IMG/VR virus record: IMGVR_UViG_2737471861_000016 | DNA: 8,041 bases | Reading direction: 5' to 3' (one strand) | From: a virus | Taxonomy: Duplodnaviria > Heunggongvirae > Uroviricota > Caudoviricetes | Shown here: piece by piece, positions 1-6,849 of the stretch | Numbering within the stretch: position 1 is the stretch's first letter | Layout of the letters: each line of letters opens with the position of its first letter | Notes under the pieces: model-generated | Databases searched by the model: none | Told to the model about the DNA's origin: nothing | The model's input: the letters and a program-made list of their open reading frames with translations, nothing else | Made by a program: the position numbers and the translations under genes

Positions 1-149
1 TCCTTTCATGAAAATACGCAATATCAATCATCCAGCGCGTTAAAAGCTACGTAGCTCATCAAGAGTCTAAGCAGAAGTCTTTCCGTGTTAGCCAGAAGTG
101 GAAACAACGTGCAAAGCTTGCCCTTGCTGGTGAACAACGTCTTACAAAG

Positions 150-1151
150 ATGGTTCCCGGATGGATTGACCCCGATACTTTCAAGTGCAATGAACACGCT
201 GAGACTGTAAGACTGATTTTCAAGCTGCTGCTAGATGGTGAAAGTCTGCATAACATCGCCCGTCACCTACAGGCTAATAACATTAGTTCATTCTCACGGC
301 GTAAAGATGCTAATGGTTTTAGCGTTCATTCTGTGCGTACTATCTTAAGGTCAGAGACAACGAGAGGTACACTACCAGCATCACAGCGCAATGACCGCCC
401 CGCTATACCGAACTACTACGAAGCCGCTATAGATGCTGCAACGTTCAATAAGGCTCAAGAGATTCTCGACAAGAATCGTAAAGGCCGCACACCTGCAAGT
501 GATAACCCATTAACGATTAACATCTTCAAAGGTCTGTTTAGGTGTCAGTGTGGGGCTAGTGTCCATCCTACCGGAACAAAGAATAAGTATGCTGGGGTCT
601 ACAGGTGCAATAACCACTTAGACGGTCGCTGTGATGTTCCACCGTTGAAGCGTAAACCGTTTGATAAGTGGATGATTGATAATTTTCTGGGGATGATTGA
701 CGTGGGGAATGATGGAGAAGCAGAGGGGAAGATTGCATCTCTACAGCATGAGGTTGAAATTGTCACAACCAGAATCAAGAAAGCTACCGCCCTACTTCTT
801 GAGATGGATGATATTACAGAGTTGAAAACACAGGTGAAGGAACTGAACCAGAAGCGCACAGAACTACAGACCACGATTGATAGCATGAGGCGTAAAACTT
901 CACTCAGTGATAAGGGATTACCCCAACTTAAAGATATTGACCTTATGACTAAAGAGGGTCGTGTCGAGTGTCAGTTGATTTTGTCCAAGCATCTAAAAGG
1001 GCTTACATTGGGTAAGGATTCGGTAACTGTAACGCTACAGAACGACACTGAAATAACCATACCTACAGACCCGCTACCGCTAAATGATGGAACATCAATC
1101 TTTGAAATTGCTGAGAAAAATCTTTTGAATATTGACACTTTCCAACTGTAG
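150..1151 (+). CDS. Large serine recombinase, C-terminal portion (recombinase domain, zinc ribbon, coiled coil); catalytic domain not present in this ORF
   Basis: Translation matches the serine-recombinase 'recombinase' domain pattern (IDPD...ETVRLIFKLLLDGESLHNIARHL...FSVHSVRTILRSETTRG), followed by a Cys-rich zinc ribbon (FRCQCG...YRCNNHLDGRC) and a long coiled-coil stretch. No Shine-Dalgarno precedes the ATG at 150, and the in-frame upstream codons 12-149 encode a helix that looks like the end of the catalytic domain, so the ATG is probably an internal Met. Confidence 0.8.
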   Translation: MVPGWIDPDTFKCNEHAETVRLIFKLLLDGESLHNIARHLQANNISSFSRRKDANGFSVHSVRTILRSETTRGTLPASQRNDRPAIPNYYEAAIDAATFNKAQEILDKNRKGRTPASDNPLTINIFKGLFRCQCGASVHPTGTKNKYAGVYRCNNHLDGRCDVPPLKRKPFDKWMIDNFLGMIDVGNDGEAEGKIASLQHEVEIVTTRIKKATALLLEMDDITELKTQVKELNQKRTELQTTIDSMRRKTSLSDKGLPQLKDIDLMTKEGRVECQLILSKHLKGLTLGKDSVTVTLQNDTEITIPTDPLPLNDGTSIFEIAEKNLLNIDTFQL

Positions 1152-1159
1152 CAATCAAT

Positions 1160-1178
1160 CAGGGGGCTATGCCCCCCT
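1160..1178. terminator. Bidirectional intrinsic terminator candidate between convergent genes
   Basis: GGGGGC (1162-1167), loop TAT, GCCCCC (1171-1176), lying between the recombinase stop (1149-1151) and the stop of the minus-strand gene (1183-1185). The flanking T tracts are weak on both strands. Confidence 0.5.
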
Positions 1179-1182
1179 TCTA

Positions 1183-1971
1183 TCAATATCTCTTGTTCGG
1201 ATTCACTGAGTACTTTTTAAGCTTTGAAGCTACTCGACCAGCGTTACTGTTAGCATTGGTGACGTTGGTTTTTTCAGCTTCTGTTAAGTCTGAATAGTCC
1301 AGCTTCCAAGCCTTATTACATTTAATCTGAGCATCGAGAATATCATTTCTGATAGCTGGAGCGTAACCGGATACATCGTTAATACTCATTAGCTCTTTGC
1401 ACGATAGCATAGGCGCGTTATTGCGTTCAGTGGTCACGTTACCTGCATTCTTCTTACTGGTCACACCACCGTCATTTGTAGTAGCAGTCTTTCCAGTTGC
1501 AGCCGAAATATCAGTTTGTCCCACGACAGCTTTAAAGTTAATTTCCTGAAAAGTTAGCTGGATACGAAGACCGTTAGAGATAGTAACATCTTTAGAGGCT
1601 TTAAAGCTCGTAATAATGGAATCATCAATCTTGATACCGTCTTTACAGATAACTGAAATAATTTGCTTCTGGTCTCTCCAGCTCTCAAGAGTGTCAATGA
1701 AGTTTTCTACTAATTGACCCTGACGAGTTAATAATAAGCTCCCTTCATAGCCAACTACAACGACACCACTAATAGTGATTGTTCTGGGTGCTCTTTGCAC
1801 GTTATCTGTAACGGTTTGCCCTGATTGCATGTTCTGTGTAGTTACCTGCATAGGACTATCAAATTCCATGTTCTCAGTTGCTGATAAGGTTAAGAAGGCA
1901 TCTACATTATCTCTTAAGTGGAAATAGATGCCGTCTTTGCCACTGTAGCGGATTTGATTGCTAAAAATCAT
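1183..1971 (-). CDS. Hypothetical protein (262 aa) immediately downstream of the tape measure gene; possible tail component by position only
   Basis: ORF with an internal ATG at 1971-1969 preceded by AAGGAG at 6-nt spacing (minus strand AAAGGAGAATTTAATG). The track's upstream TTG at 1992 lacks an RBS. No motif recognised. Confidence 0.6.
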   Translation of the reverse strand: MIFSNQIRYSGKDGIYFHLRDNVDAFLTLSATENMEFDSPMQVTTQNMQSGQTVTDNVQRAPRTITISGVVVVGYEGSLLLTRQGQLVENFIDTLESWRDQKQIISVICKDGIKIDDSIITSFKASKDVTISNGLRIQLTFQEINFKAVVGQTDISAATGKTATTNDGGVTSKKNAGNVTTERNNAPMLSCKELMSINDVSGYAPAIRNDILDAQIKCNKAWKLDYSDLTEAEKTNVTNANSNAGRVASKLKKYSVNPNKRY

Positions 1972-1988
1972 TAAATTCTCCTTTGATT

Positions 1989-2032
1989 TCAAAGGCTTAG
2001 TGTATTTTAATCATTTTTAACCAAGCCTTTGA
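1989..2032. promoter_or_regulatory. 10-bp perfect inverted repeat (TCAAAGGCTT / AAGCCTTTGA) with 24-bp spacer, just upstream of the RBS of the 262-aa gene
   Basis: Arms at 1989-1998 and 2023-2032 are exact reverse complements. No T tract follows on either strand, so this looks like an operator or RNA structure rather than a terminator. Confidence 0.45.
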
Positions 2033-2127
2033 TATATAAGTACTTTCTCTGTTAAGCGTGAGCTACGTAAATTCTATTTTTCAGTGCGGGTATTAACTTT
2101 GCTTTATTCACGTAGAACACCGTTAAA

Positions 2128-4308
2128 TCAATCATCTTCTGGGAATGATGAACTCAATAACGTAGCCTCTGCATATTGGTCATACAGACTGCTGTTAAAT
2201 GTCATAAAGCTGGTTTCATCTGGTTTAATAGCAACTTCACCACCAAGTGAAACTTTCACAGGCTCCTGAATACGTTTACTCAAAGCAGAGATTTCATCCC
2301 TCAGACTTTGAATATCTGCACTCGTTAATGCTGAATCTTGCTTAATATTGTTTAATTCTGGATGATTGAATCTTGCAATATTCATTGTGGCATTGTTAAA
2401 CAATTCACCCATTGAACTAAAAATTTTACTCCACCCCTCATTAATCATATTCGGTTTATTAGGGTCACCAGAATACACAGGATTAAAGTCACTACCCACA
2501 CCTACCCCAGATGGATGCATATTAGCGTTTTTGACTACTTCCTGATTCATAAAATCCAGTGCTTTCTTCAATGCATATAAACCAAGAGTGACACCTCTGA
2601 TTTGTGGAATCATTGAAGCTAATGCTAACGCTGTTTCATAACCGTCATCAGCATAACCAATTGCAAGAGCACTACCTACACCACCAGCTACACCTTTCAG
2701 TTTTCCACCACCTTTACCAGTAGCTACCTGACCAGCCACCTGATTAGCTCTTGTACCTAACGTTGTGATTGCTCTTGTCAGGTTCATAACCCCTGTAGTA
2801 GCACTGAATAGTGTCTTTGCAGATAACGCTATAGCAAGACCTTTGACGAAGTTGATAAAACCATCACCGACTTCATCAAGTAGTTTTCGTTTAGTGTCAT
2901 CAAGGCTGTAATAGAACTTCTTAGTCTGTAAAATCCAGCCTTCAAGGTGATTGTTAAAGATACGGATGTCATCTACACCAGCTTTAAGCATGTCGATAAG
3001 TCCACCGATAGCATCACCAGCGATAGAAGAACTCATCCCCATTTCACTAAGCAAGCTACTCATGCTGGATAAGAAGCCATTTAGCTCATCCTGTGAACCT
3101 GAGAAGATTTTCACCATCGTATCATCCCAGTTGTTTGCTAACTTACCTAAAGCTGTCTGTGTGCTCTTAGCGACTTCAGCCCAGCCACCCGCTTTATCAA
3201 TCATCAAGCCCATCTGTTTAGCGACTTTAGGGAGAGTATCAGCGGAAAGCACCTTCCCGTCTTTCATCGCTTTATCAAGCTCTGTAGCAGTCATACCCAA
3301 TGCTTCAGCGAATAGCTTAAATGCACCAGCCATACGGTCACCTAACTGACCACGAAGCTCTTCAGCCTGAATCTTGCCCTTAGAAGCCATCTGCTCAAAA
3401 GCTTTCAAAATGCCGTTTAGCTCATCGTTAGAAAGCCCCATTAAGCGACTCATAGCTGTTGCATTACCAAATAGTTGTTGTGTCTCATCCTGTGACATAG
3501 AACCCTGAGCACCTGCTGCAAACTTAGCGTAGCTTGATAGCCCTTCAGAGATATTAAGACCTGTCTTGTCTGCTAAATTTCGAATAAATACCTCAGCTTC
3601 AGATGCTTTATCACCAAGTACAAACTTAGCGGCTCTCTGTGCGGAATCTCGTTTAAGACCTGCATTCATGATGGCCTTGTAAGCGTTAAGAGCACCCATC
3701 ACAGAGTAAAATGCACCAGATAATTTAATCGCATTGCTTGCAAGATTATTAAATGCGTCGCTTGTATTGTTAATGCTGGTGGTCTTTGTCTGTGACCTGA
3801 GTTTATTCAACGTTTCACGAAGAGATTGATTTAATTTTGCAAGTTCAGCGTTAAACTTTTCACTTCCAATATTACCAGCCTTACCGCTTAAGCTGTAATA
3901 CTGTGCTTTAAACATTTTAGCCATCAGCGGATTAATATCACCAAGCTTAGACATATTCACGCTATGTGCCGCTGTGATTGCTCTGTTGCCGCTAATTCGT
4001 GGCTGTCTTGATTGTTTTGGAGGATTAACAGTGTCATTAAATCTGGTGGCAAACTGAAATACTTTTGTGTTTCTTGCTCTCTGTTCAATCTTGTCAAAGG
4101 TCTTATTAAACTTCCTTTCAAGTTGCCCTAAAGAACTTGTCAGATTGCTGTCAAGTTGCTTGGTATCGACCTTAAACGCTCTATTCAAATTACGTTCAAT
4201 TCTTTGTGCTGACTGCAAAGCTGCCTTTTCAACTCTTTGCAAGCCCTTAATAACGTTCTCGCTGAAGCCTAGCTCAACGATAAAACTATCAACTGTGAAT
4301 TTGCTCAT
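2128..4308 (-). CDS. Phage tail tape measure protein (726 aa)
   Basis: Contains the tape-measure signature KGKIQAEELRGQLGDRMAGAFKLFAEALGMTATELDKAMKDGKVLSADTLPKVAKQM, which resembles the lambda gpH segment ELNKALKDGKILQADYNTLM. It also has a Gly-rich hydrophobic region (GKGGGKLKGVAGGVGSALAIGY) and a long helical N-terminus. RBS AGAGGTGAAAC precedes the ATG. Confidence 0.85.
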   Translation of the reverse strand: MSKFTVDSFIVELGFSENVIKGLQRVEKAALQSAQRIERNLNRAFKVDTKQLDSNLTSSLGQLERKFNKTFDKIEQRARNTKVFQFATRFNDTVNPPKQSRQPRISGNRAITAAHSVNMSKLGDINPLMAKMFKAQYYSLSGKAGNIGSEKFNAELAKLNQSLRETLNKLRSQTKTTSINNTSDAFNNLASNAIKLSGAFYSVMGALNAYKAIMNAGLKRDSAQRAAKFVLGDKASEAEVFIRNLADKTGLNISEGLSSYAKFAAGAQGSMSQDETQQLFGNATAMSRLMGLSNDELNGILKAFEQMASKGKIQAEELRGQLGDRMAGAFKLFAEALGMTATELDKAMKDGKVLSADTLPKVAKQMGLMIDKAGGWAEVAKSTQTALGKLANNWDDTMVKIFSGSQDELNGFLSSMSSLLSEMGMSSSIAGDAIGGLIDMLKAGVDDIRIFNNHLEGWILQTKKFYYSLDDTKRKLLDEVGDGFINFVKGLAIALSAKTLFSATTGVMNLTRAITTLGTRANQVAGQVATGKGGGKLKGVAGGVGSALAIGYADDGYETALALASMIPQIRGVTLGLYALKKALDFMNQEVVKNANMHPSGVGVGSDFNPVYSGDPNKPNMINEGWSKIFSSMGELFNNATMNIARFNHPELNNIKQDSALTSADIQSLRDEISALSKRIQEPVKVSLGGEVAIKPDETSFMTFNSSLYDQYAEATLLSSSFPEDD

Positions 4309-4338
4309 TCATGTTTCACCTCTTAAGTGTTCATATAC

Positions 4339-4379
4339 GAAAAAGGGGAGGACCAACCAATTAAGGTTAATCTCTCCCC
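4339..4379 (-). terminator. Intrinsic terminator or attenuator candidate in the 93-bp gap directly upstream of the tape measure start
   Basis: On the minus-strand transcript: GGGGAG (pairs 4374-4379 with 4345-4350), an inner AACC/GGTT stem around AATTAA, then CTCCCC followed immediately by TTTTT. About 30 nt further on lies the tape measure RBS. Confidence 0.5.
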
Positions 4380-4401
4380 GTATTCACCCAACCAATCTTT
4401 T

Positions 4402-4611
4402 TTAATGCCTGACAAGATAATGTAGTTCCGTTTCACCTATAATTTGAGCATCGGAAGGGATACGGTCGATACACCACTTTGGAATCTTGCGTGTTTTTGG
4501 TTTGTGTGAGGTGATAACTTGACGTTTGTTTTTAATTCTTAAGGCTGGATTGGCTTGTAACTTTAAGTTTTCACAAACAGACCGAATAGTCTCTAAACGC
4601 TCTTCAAACAT
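4402..4611 (-). CDS. Hypothetical small basic protein (69 aa)
   Basis: ATG at 4611-4609 preceded by AAGAGGTGATTA, almost the same RBS as the tape measure gene. An in-frame stop lies just upstream, so it is not a frameshift extension of the 235-aa gene. Confidence 0.5.
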   Translation of the reverse strand: MFEERLETIRSVCENLKLQANPALRIKNKRQVITSHKPKTRKIPKWCIDRIPSDAQIIGETELHYLVRH

Positions 4612-4634
4612 TAATCACCTCTTTTAATTCATAG

Positions 4635-5342
4635 TTAAAGTGCCTTTGCATATTTCTGAGAAATCTTCGTAAGCTGCTCAATATCAGCCTGCATAGCAAC
4701 CTTCTTCTGCGACTCATATTCACTAACAAGGTCTTTCATAGCCTGAAGCTCTCTTGAGAGATACAACTTAACATTATCAAGTTGCTTGTTACGTGATGCC
4801 AAGATGTTCTGTCTGGCAAGTTCACAGAGTTCTTCATCGCTCTTATTAGTCATGTAAATAAACTGACCAGCACCTCTTGATGCCTTAACCATCTTCACAA
4901 TTCGGTGTCCATCAGGAAGATTATTAATCACGTCTGGGATATTCTCAGGAAAAGTACCAAAACCATCATTGTCTTCATATTGGTGATAAACAAATGGTTT
5001 CTGTGACAATTCATCCTGAATCTCAAATTCTGACGGTTCAATAGCTGATTGCATCAGGGTAACTTTGCTGTAAGCGTCATCTAATCTAAGACGCTGTGCT
5101 TTTAAAGCTGGGTAATATTTCTTTTCAAGCTCAAGCAATGCTTCAGTTTTGCAGATATCAGGCATTTCTTGAGGTTCAGGGGCCACAAAGGTGATTTCTT
5201 TTGGCGACCTCTTTAACTCTTGCTCAAACTTAATTCTTTCATCGTGCTCTTTGCGCTGAATAGCGATAGCTGGATGTTCAGTCTGTGGTGACCAGTCACC
5301 GAAGCTATCAATCTTTTTACCGTTAATATATAGATTTTCCAT
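4635..5342 (-). CDS. Hypothetical protein (235 aa) with a charged, probably coiled-coil C-terminal third
   Basis: ATG at 5342-5340 preceded by AAGAGGA at 7-nt spacing. C-terminal region (ELARQNILASRNKQLDNVKLYLSRELQAMKDLVSEYESQKK) is helix-like. No family recognised; it does not look like a beta-rich major tail protein. Confidence 0.6.
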   Translation of the reverse strand: MENLYINGKKIDSFGDWSPQTEHPAIAIQRKEHDERIKFEQELKRSPKEITFVAPEPQEMPDICKTEALLELEKKYYPALKAQRLRLDDAYSKVTLMQSAIEPSEFEIQDELSQKPFVYHQYEDNDGFGTFPENIPDVINNLPDGHRIVKMVKASRGAGQFIYMTNKSDEELCELARQNILASRNKQLDNVKLYLSRELQAMKDLVSEYESQKKVAMQADIEQLTKISQKYAKAL

Positions 5343-5351
5343 TTCATTTTC

Positions 5352-5413
5352 CTCTTCTAAGTATATTCAGTTTTTAAAAAGCACACCTGACAGCCTATCT
5401 AAACTTAGAAGAG
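5352..5413 (-). promoter_or_regulatory. 11-bp perfect inverted repeat whose downstream arm overlaps the Shine-Dalgarno of the 235-aa gene (possible RBS-sequestering hairpin)
   Basis: CTCTTCTAAGT (5352-5362) and ACTTAGAAGAG (5403-5413) are exact reverse complements. In the minus-strand mRNA the 3' arm ACUUAGAAGAG runs into the SD AAGAGGA. The 40-nt loop contains nested TCAG/CTGA and a TTTTTAAAAA palindrome. Confidence 0.45.
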
Positions 5414-5577
5414 ACTTAAAAGGCGGTTTGCCAAGTATGCTTTTTAAAAGCTGAAAAAAGCCCTAAACATAGGTGATTCGGATATTCATGGAATCATCCT
5501 TATCTGTGAAGGGCTTTGAAGGTTTGCTTATAACGTTAACGAAGTTTCAGGAAAAACTTTCTTTAAAAGTTCTGTTT

Positions 5578-5616
5578 GAAAACTCTTAAAGAAACGCCCT
5601 AACTCATGATTAGGGC
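5578..5616 (-). terminator. Intrinsic terminator or attenuator candidate inside the long leader
   Basis: Minus-strand transcript: GCCCTAA (5616-5610), loop TCATGAG, TTAGGGC (5602-5596), followed by GTTTCTTTAAGAGTTTTC. The plus-strand orientation has no U tract. Confidence 0.45.
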
Positions 5617-5763
5617 AAAGCTGTAAGGGTTCAATAATGAATGATTAAGCACTTTTTGAGATGACCTCTCAGACTAAACTGAAAGGCCATGACGAAAAGC
5701 ATTGCACCTTTCCAATCAGAATATAGTTATCATCGATGTAGAGACGATTAATAGTTTAATTCA

Positions 5764-5780
5764 GGAAGAGTTGCTCTTCC
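5764..5780. promoter_or_regulatory. Perfect 7-bp stem, 3-nt loop hairpin (GGAAGAG ttg CTCTTCC)
   Basis: Exact inverted repeat at 5764-5770 and 5774-5780. It lies just downstream (minus-strand sense) of the candidate promoter at 5789-5817. No U tract follows, so it is a 5' stem-loop or protein-binding site rather than a terminator. Confidence 0.4.
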
Positions 5781-5788
5781 CTATTACC

Positions 5789-5842
5789 ATCATCTCATGC
5801 TTAAGATTATTTGTCAACAGCTTTTTAACAGATTGGTAACAT
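5789..5842 (-). promoter_or_regulatory. Candidate minus-strand promoter and operator: TTGACA -35 with weak -10, plus three phased (C/T)AACA(G/T) repeats
   Basis: Minus-strand TTGACA (plus 5812-5817), 17-bp spacer, GATGAT (plus 5789-5794). The plus strand carries CAACAG 5815-5820, TAACAG 5826-5831 and TAACAT 5837-5842 at exact 11-bp spacing. The core TTGTCAACA is shared with the 7197-7205 promoter region. Confidence 0.4.
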
Positions 5843-5918
5843 TAATTCTTATTTACCGTGTTACCTACCCAGCAACCAACAAATAAACCCAAAGCTGTCC
5901 AAGCAATTATTAAGCCCA

Positions 5919-6242
5919 TTAATGCACCACCTTCGAATCCGTAACCAAAATATTGTCAGCGTACAAAATTTCTATAGCTGCCTTGAGATATTTTTCAGGG
6001 CTAACGCTGTATTTGTTCGTTTGCTCGATAACCAATCTTTTCATGTTGCTGTCTTTAATTGGTAGCATCATTCGAGGCTCGTTAAACTCCACCGACTGAA
6101 TAAAGTCAGAGATGTTTTCTGCATTATCAGCCATCAAAGCTAACAGCCGGTCAAAGTCAATGCTAATACCTGCATCAATGAAGCTTTGCACCATCATAGC
6201 GGTGTCGTTATCAACGAAAATCTGTAGCGGGTAATTGTTCAT
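5919..6242 (-). CDS. Hypothetical acidic protein (107 aa)
   Basis: ATG at 6242-6240 preceded by AGGAGA at 9-nt spacing. No recognisable motif. Confidence 0.6.
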   Translation of the reverse strand: MNNYPLQIFVDNDTAMMVQSFIDAGISIDFDRLLALMADNAENISDFIQSVEFNEPRMMLPIKDSNMKRLVIEQTNKYSVSPEKYLKAAIEILYADNILVTDSKVVH

Positions 6243-6412
6243 TTCTTAAAATCTCCTTTTTCACCAGACCTCCTCAATCGCTCTGTAACGAGCTAAACAG
6301 TCTTTTTCAGGGGTAGCCTGTAGGGGTGTACCACATACCCTAAAATAAGATAGTTTTTTGCGTTAGAATGCGATTGAGAGCGTCTGAGAGTGGGTAAACC
6401 CGTTTTTTGCCT

Positions 6413-6622
6413 TTAGTCTGAGACTATTAACCCCATCTCACTATGAAATTGACTAAACCAGCTTTTTGTTACTGAGGTTTTTAGTGTGAAAGATGGGGAT
6501 TGCATAATCAGATAGATGCCATCATTATCAATGTCACCCCATCCATTATGTACATCAATTAGATTTCGAAAATATTTAAAGGCTTTGTCTGTTTTAAGTT
6601 TGAGGGTGAATACTTTCTTCAT
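6413..6622 (-). CDS. Hypothetical protein (69 aa), translationally coupled to the upstream gene
   Basis: ATG at 6622-6620 overlaps the TGA of the upstream gene (ATGA overlap) and is preceded by GGGGGAAAGA. The track's TTG at 6634 is an unlikely start. Confidence 0.55.
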   Translation of the reverse strand: MKKVFTLKLKTDKAFKYFRNLIDVHNGWGDIDNDGIYLIMQSPSFTLKTSVTKSWFSQFHSEMGLIVSD

Positions 6623-6849
6623 TCTTTCCCCCAATTCTTAATGAGTTCACAGGCCCGTTTAAATTGAGTCGGGTCACTATAATCAAGCTCGATATCCAGT
6701 GACTTTAATTCATAGCGTAACTGCTCAATTTGATGTGGCTTTAGTCTTTTCTTGTTACGGTCAAGCGTAACATCTTCATATTCTTTTGAGCGGGTATCTT
6801 GCCTGATTAGATGTGATGCCAGTTTATAAAATTTGTACCTATAACACAT
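6619..6849 (-). CDS. Hypothetical basic protein (76 aa), translationally coupled to the RHH-like gene
   Basis: ATG at 6849-6847 overlaps the TAA of the upstream gene (TAATG) and is preceded by GGGGG. No family recognised. Confidence 0.55.
   Translation of the reverse strand: MCYRYKFYKLASHLIRQDTRSKEYEDVTLDRNKKRLKPHQIEQLRYELKSLDIELDYSDPTQFKRACELIKNWGKE

Noticed and set aside
9-11. TGA read as Trp (genetic code 4, Mollicutes) to explain the interrupted recombinase
   Set aside because: Every Trp codon checked in the long ORFs is TGG, and ORFs up to 726 codons are uninterrupted under the standard code, so TGA is a genuine stop here.
59-1186. Minus-strand ORFs 59-256, 599-886 and 971-1186, antisense to the recombinase gene
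   Set aside because: They lie entirely within the well-supported recombinase coding frame, have no RBS and Ser/Cys-rich low-complexity translations; they look like antisense artefacts.
1990-1992. TTG at 1992 as start of the gene downstream of the tape measure (track start)
   Set aside because: An internal ATG at 1971 has a canonical AAGGAG RBS at 6-nt spacing, whereas the TTG has none; the shorter 1183-1971 model is preferred.
2084-4405. Plus-strand ORFs 2084-2269, 2951-3349 and 4067-4405, antisense to the tape measure gene
   Set aside because: They sit inside the tape measure coding region on the opposite strand, with no RBS and Ser/Leu-rich translations typical of antisense frames.
4402-5342. 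235-aa and 69-aa genes as a lambda-like G/GT tail chaperone pair made by programmed frameshift
   Set aside because: The 69-aa ORF has its own strong RBS and an in-frame stop immediately upstream of its ATG, no slippery heptamer is evident at the junction, and the 235-aa protein is larger and more helical than typical chaperones.
5928-5945. tRNA T-loop-like motif CCTTCGAATCC
   Set aside because: The flanking bases cannot form a T-stem, no acceptor or anticodon arms are evident, and it lies inside the 107-aa coding region.
6324-6411. Plus-strand terminator-like elements (GGGTGTACCACATACCC and GGGtaaaCCC followed by GTTTTTTGC) suggesting a plus-strand small RNA in the 6243-6412 gap
   Set aside because: Stems are short or contain mismatches and no convincing plus-strand promoter lies upstream; this is more likely an incidental structure in the minus-strand intergenic transcript.
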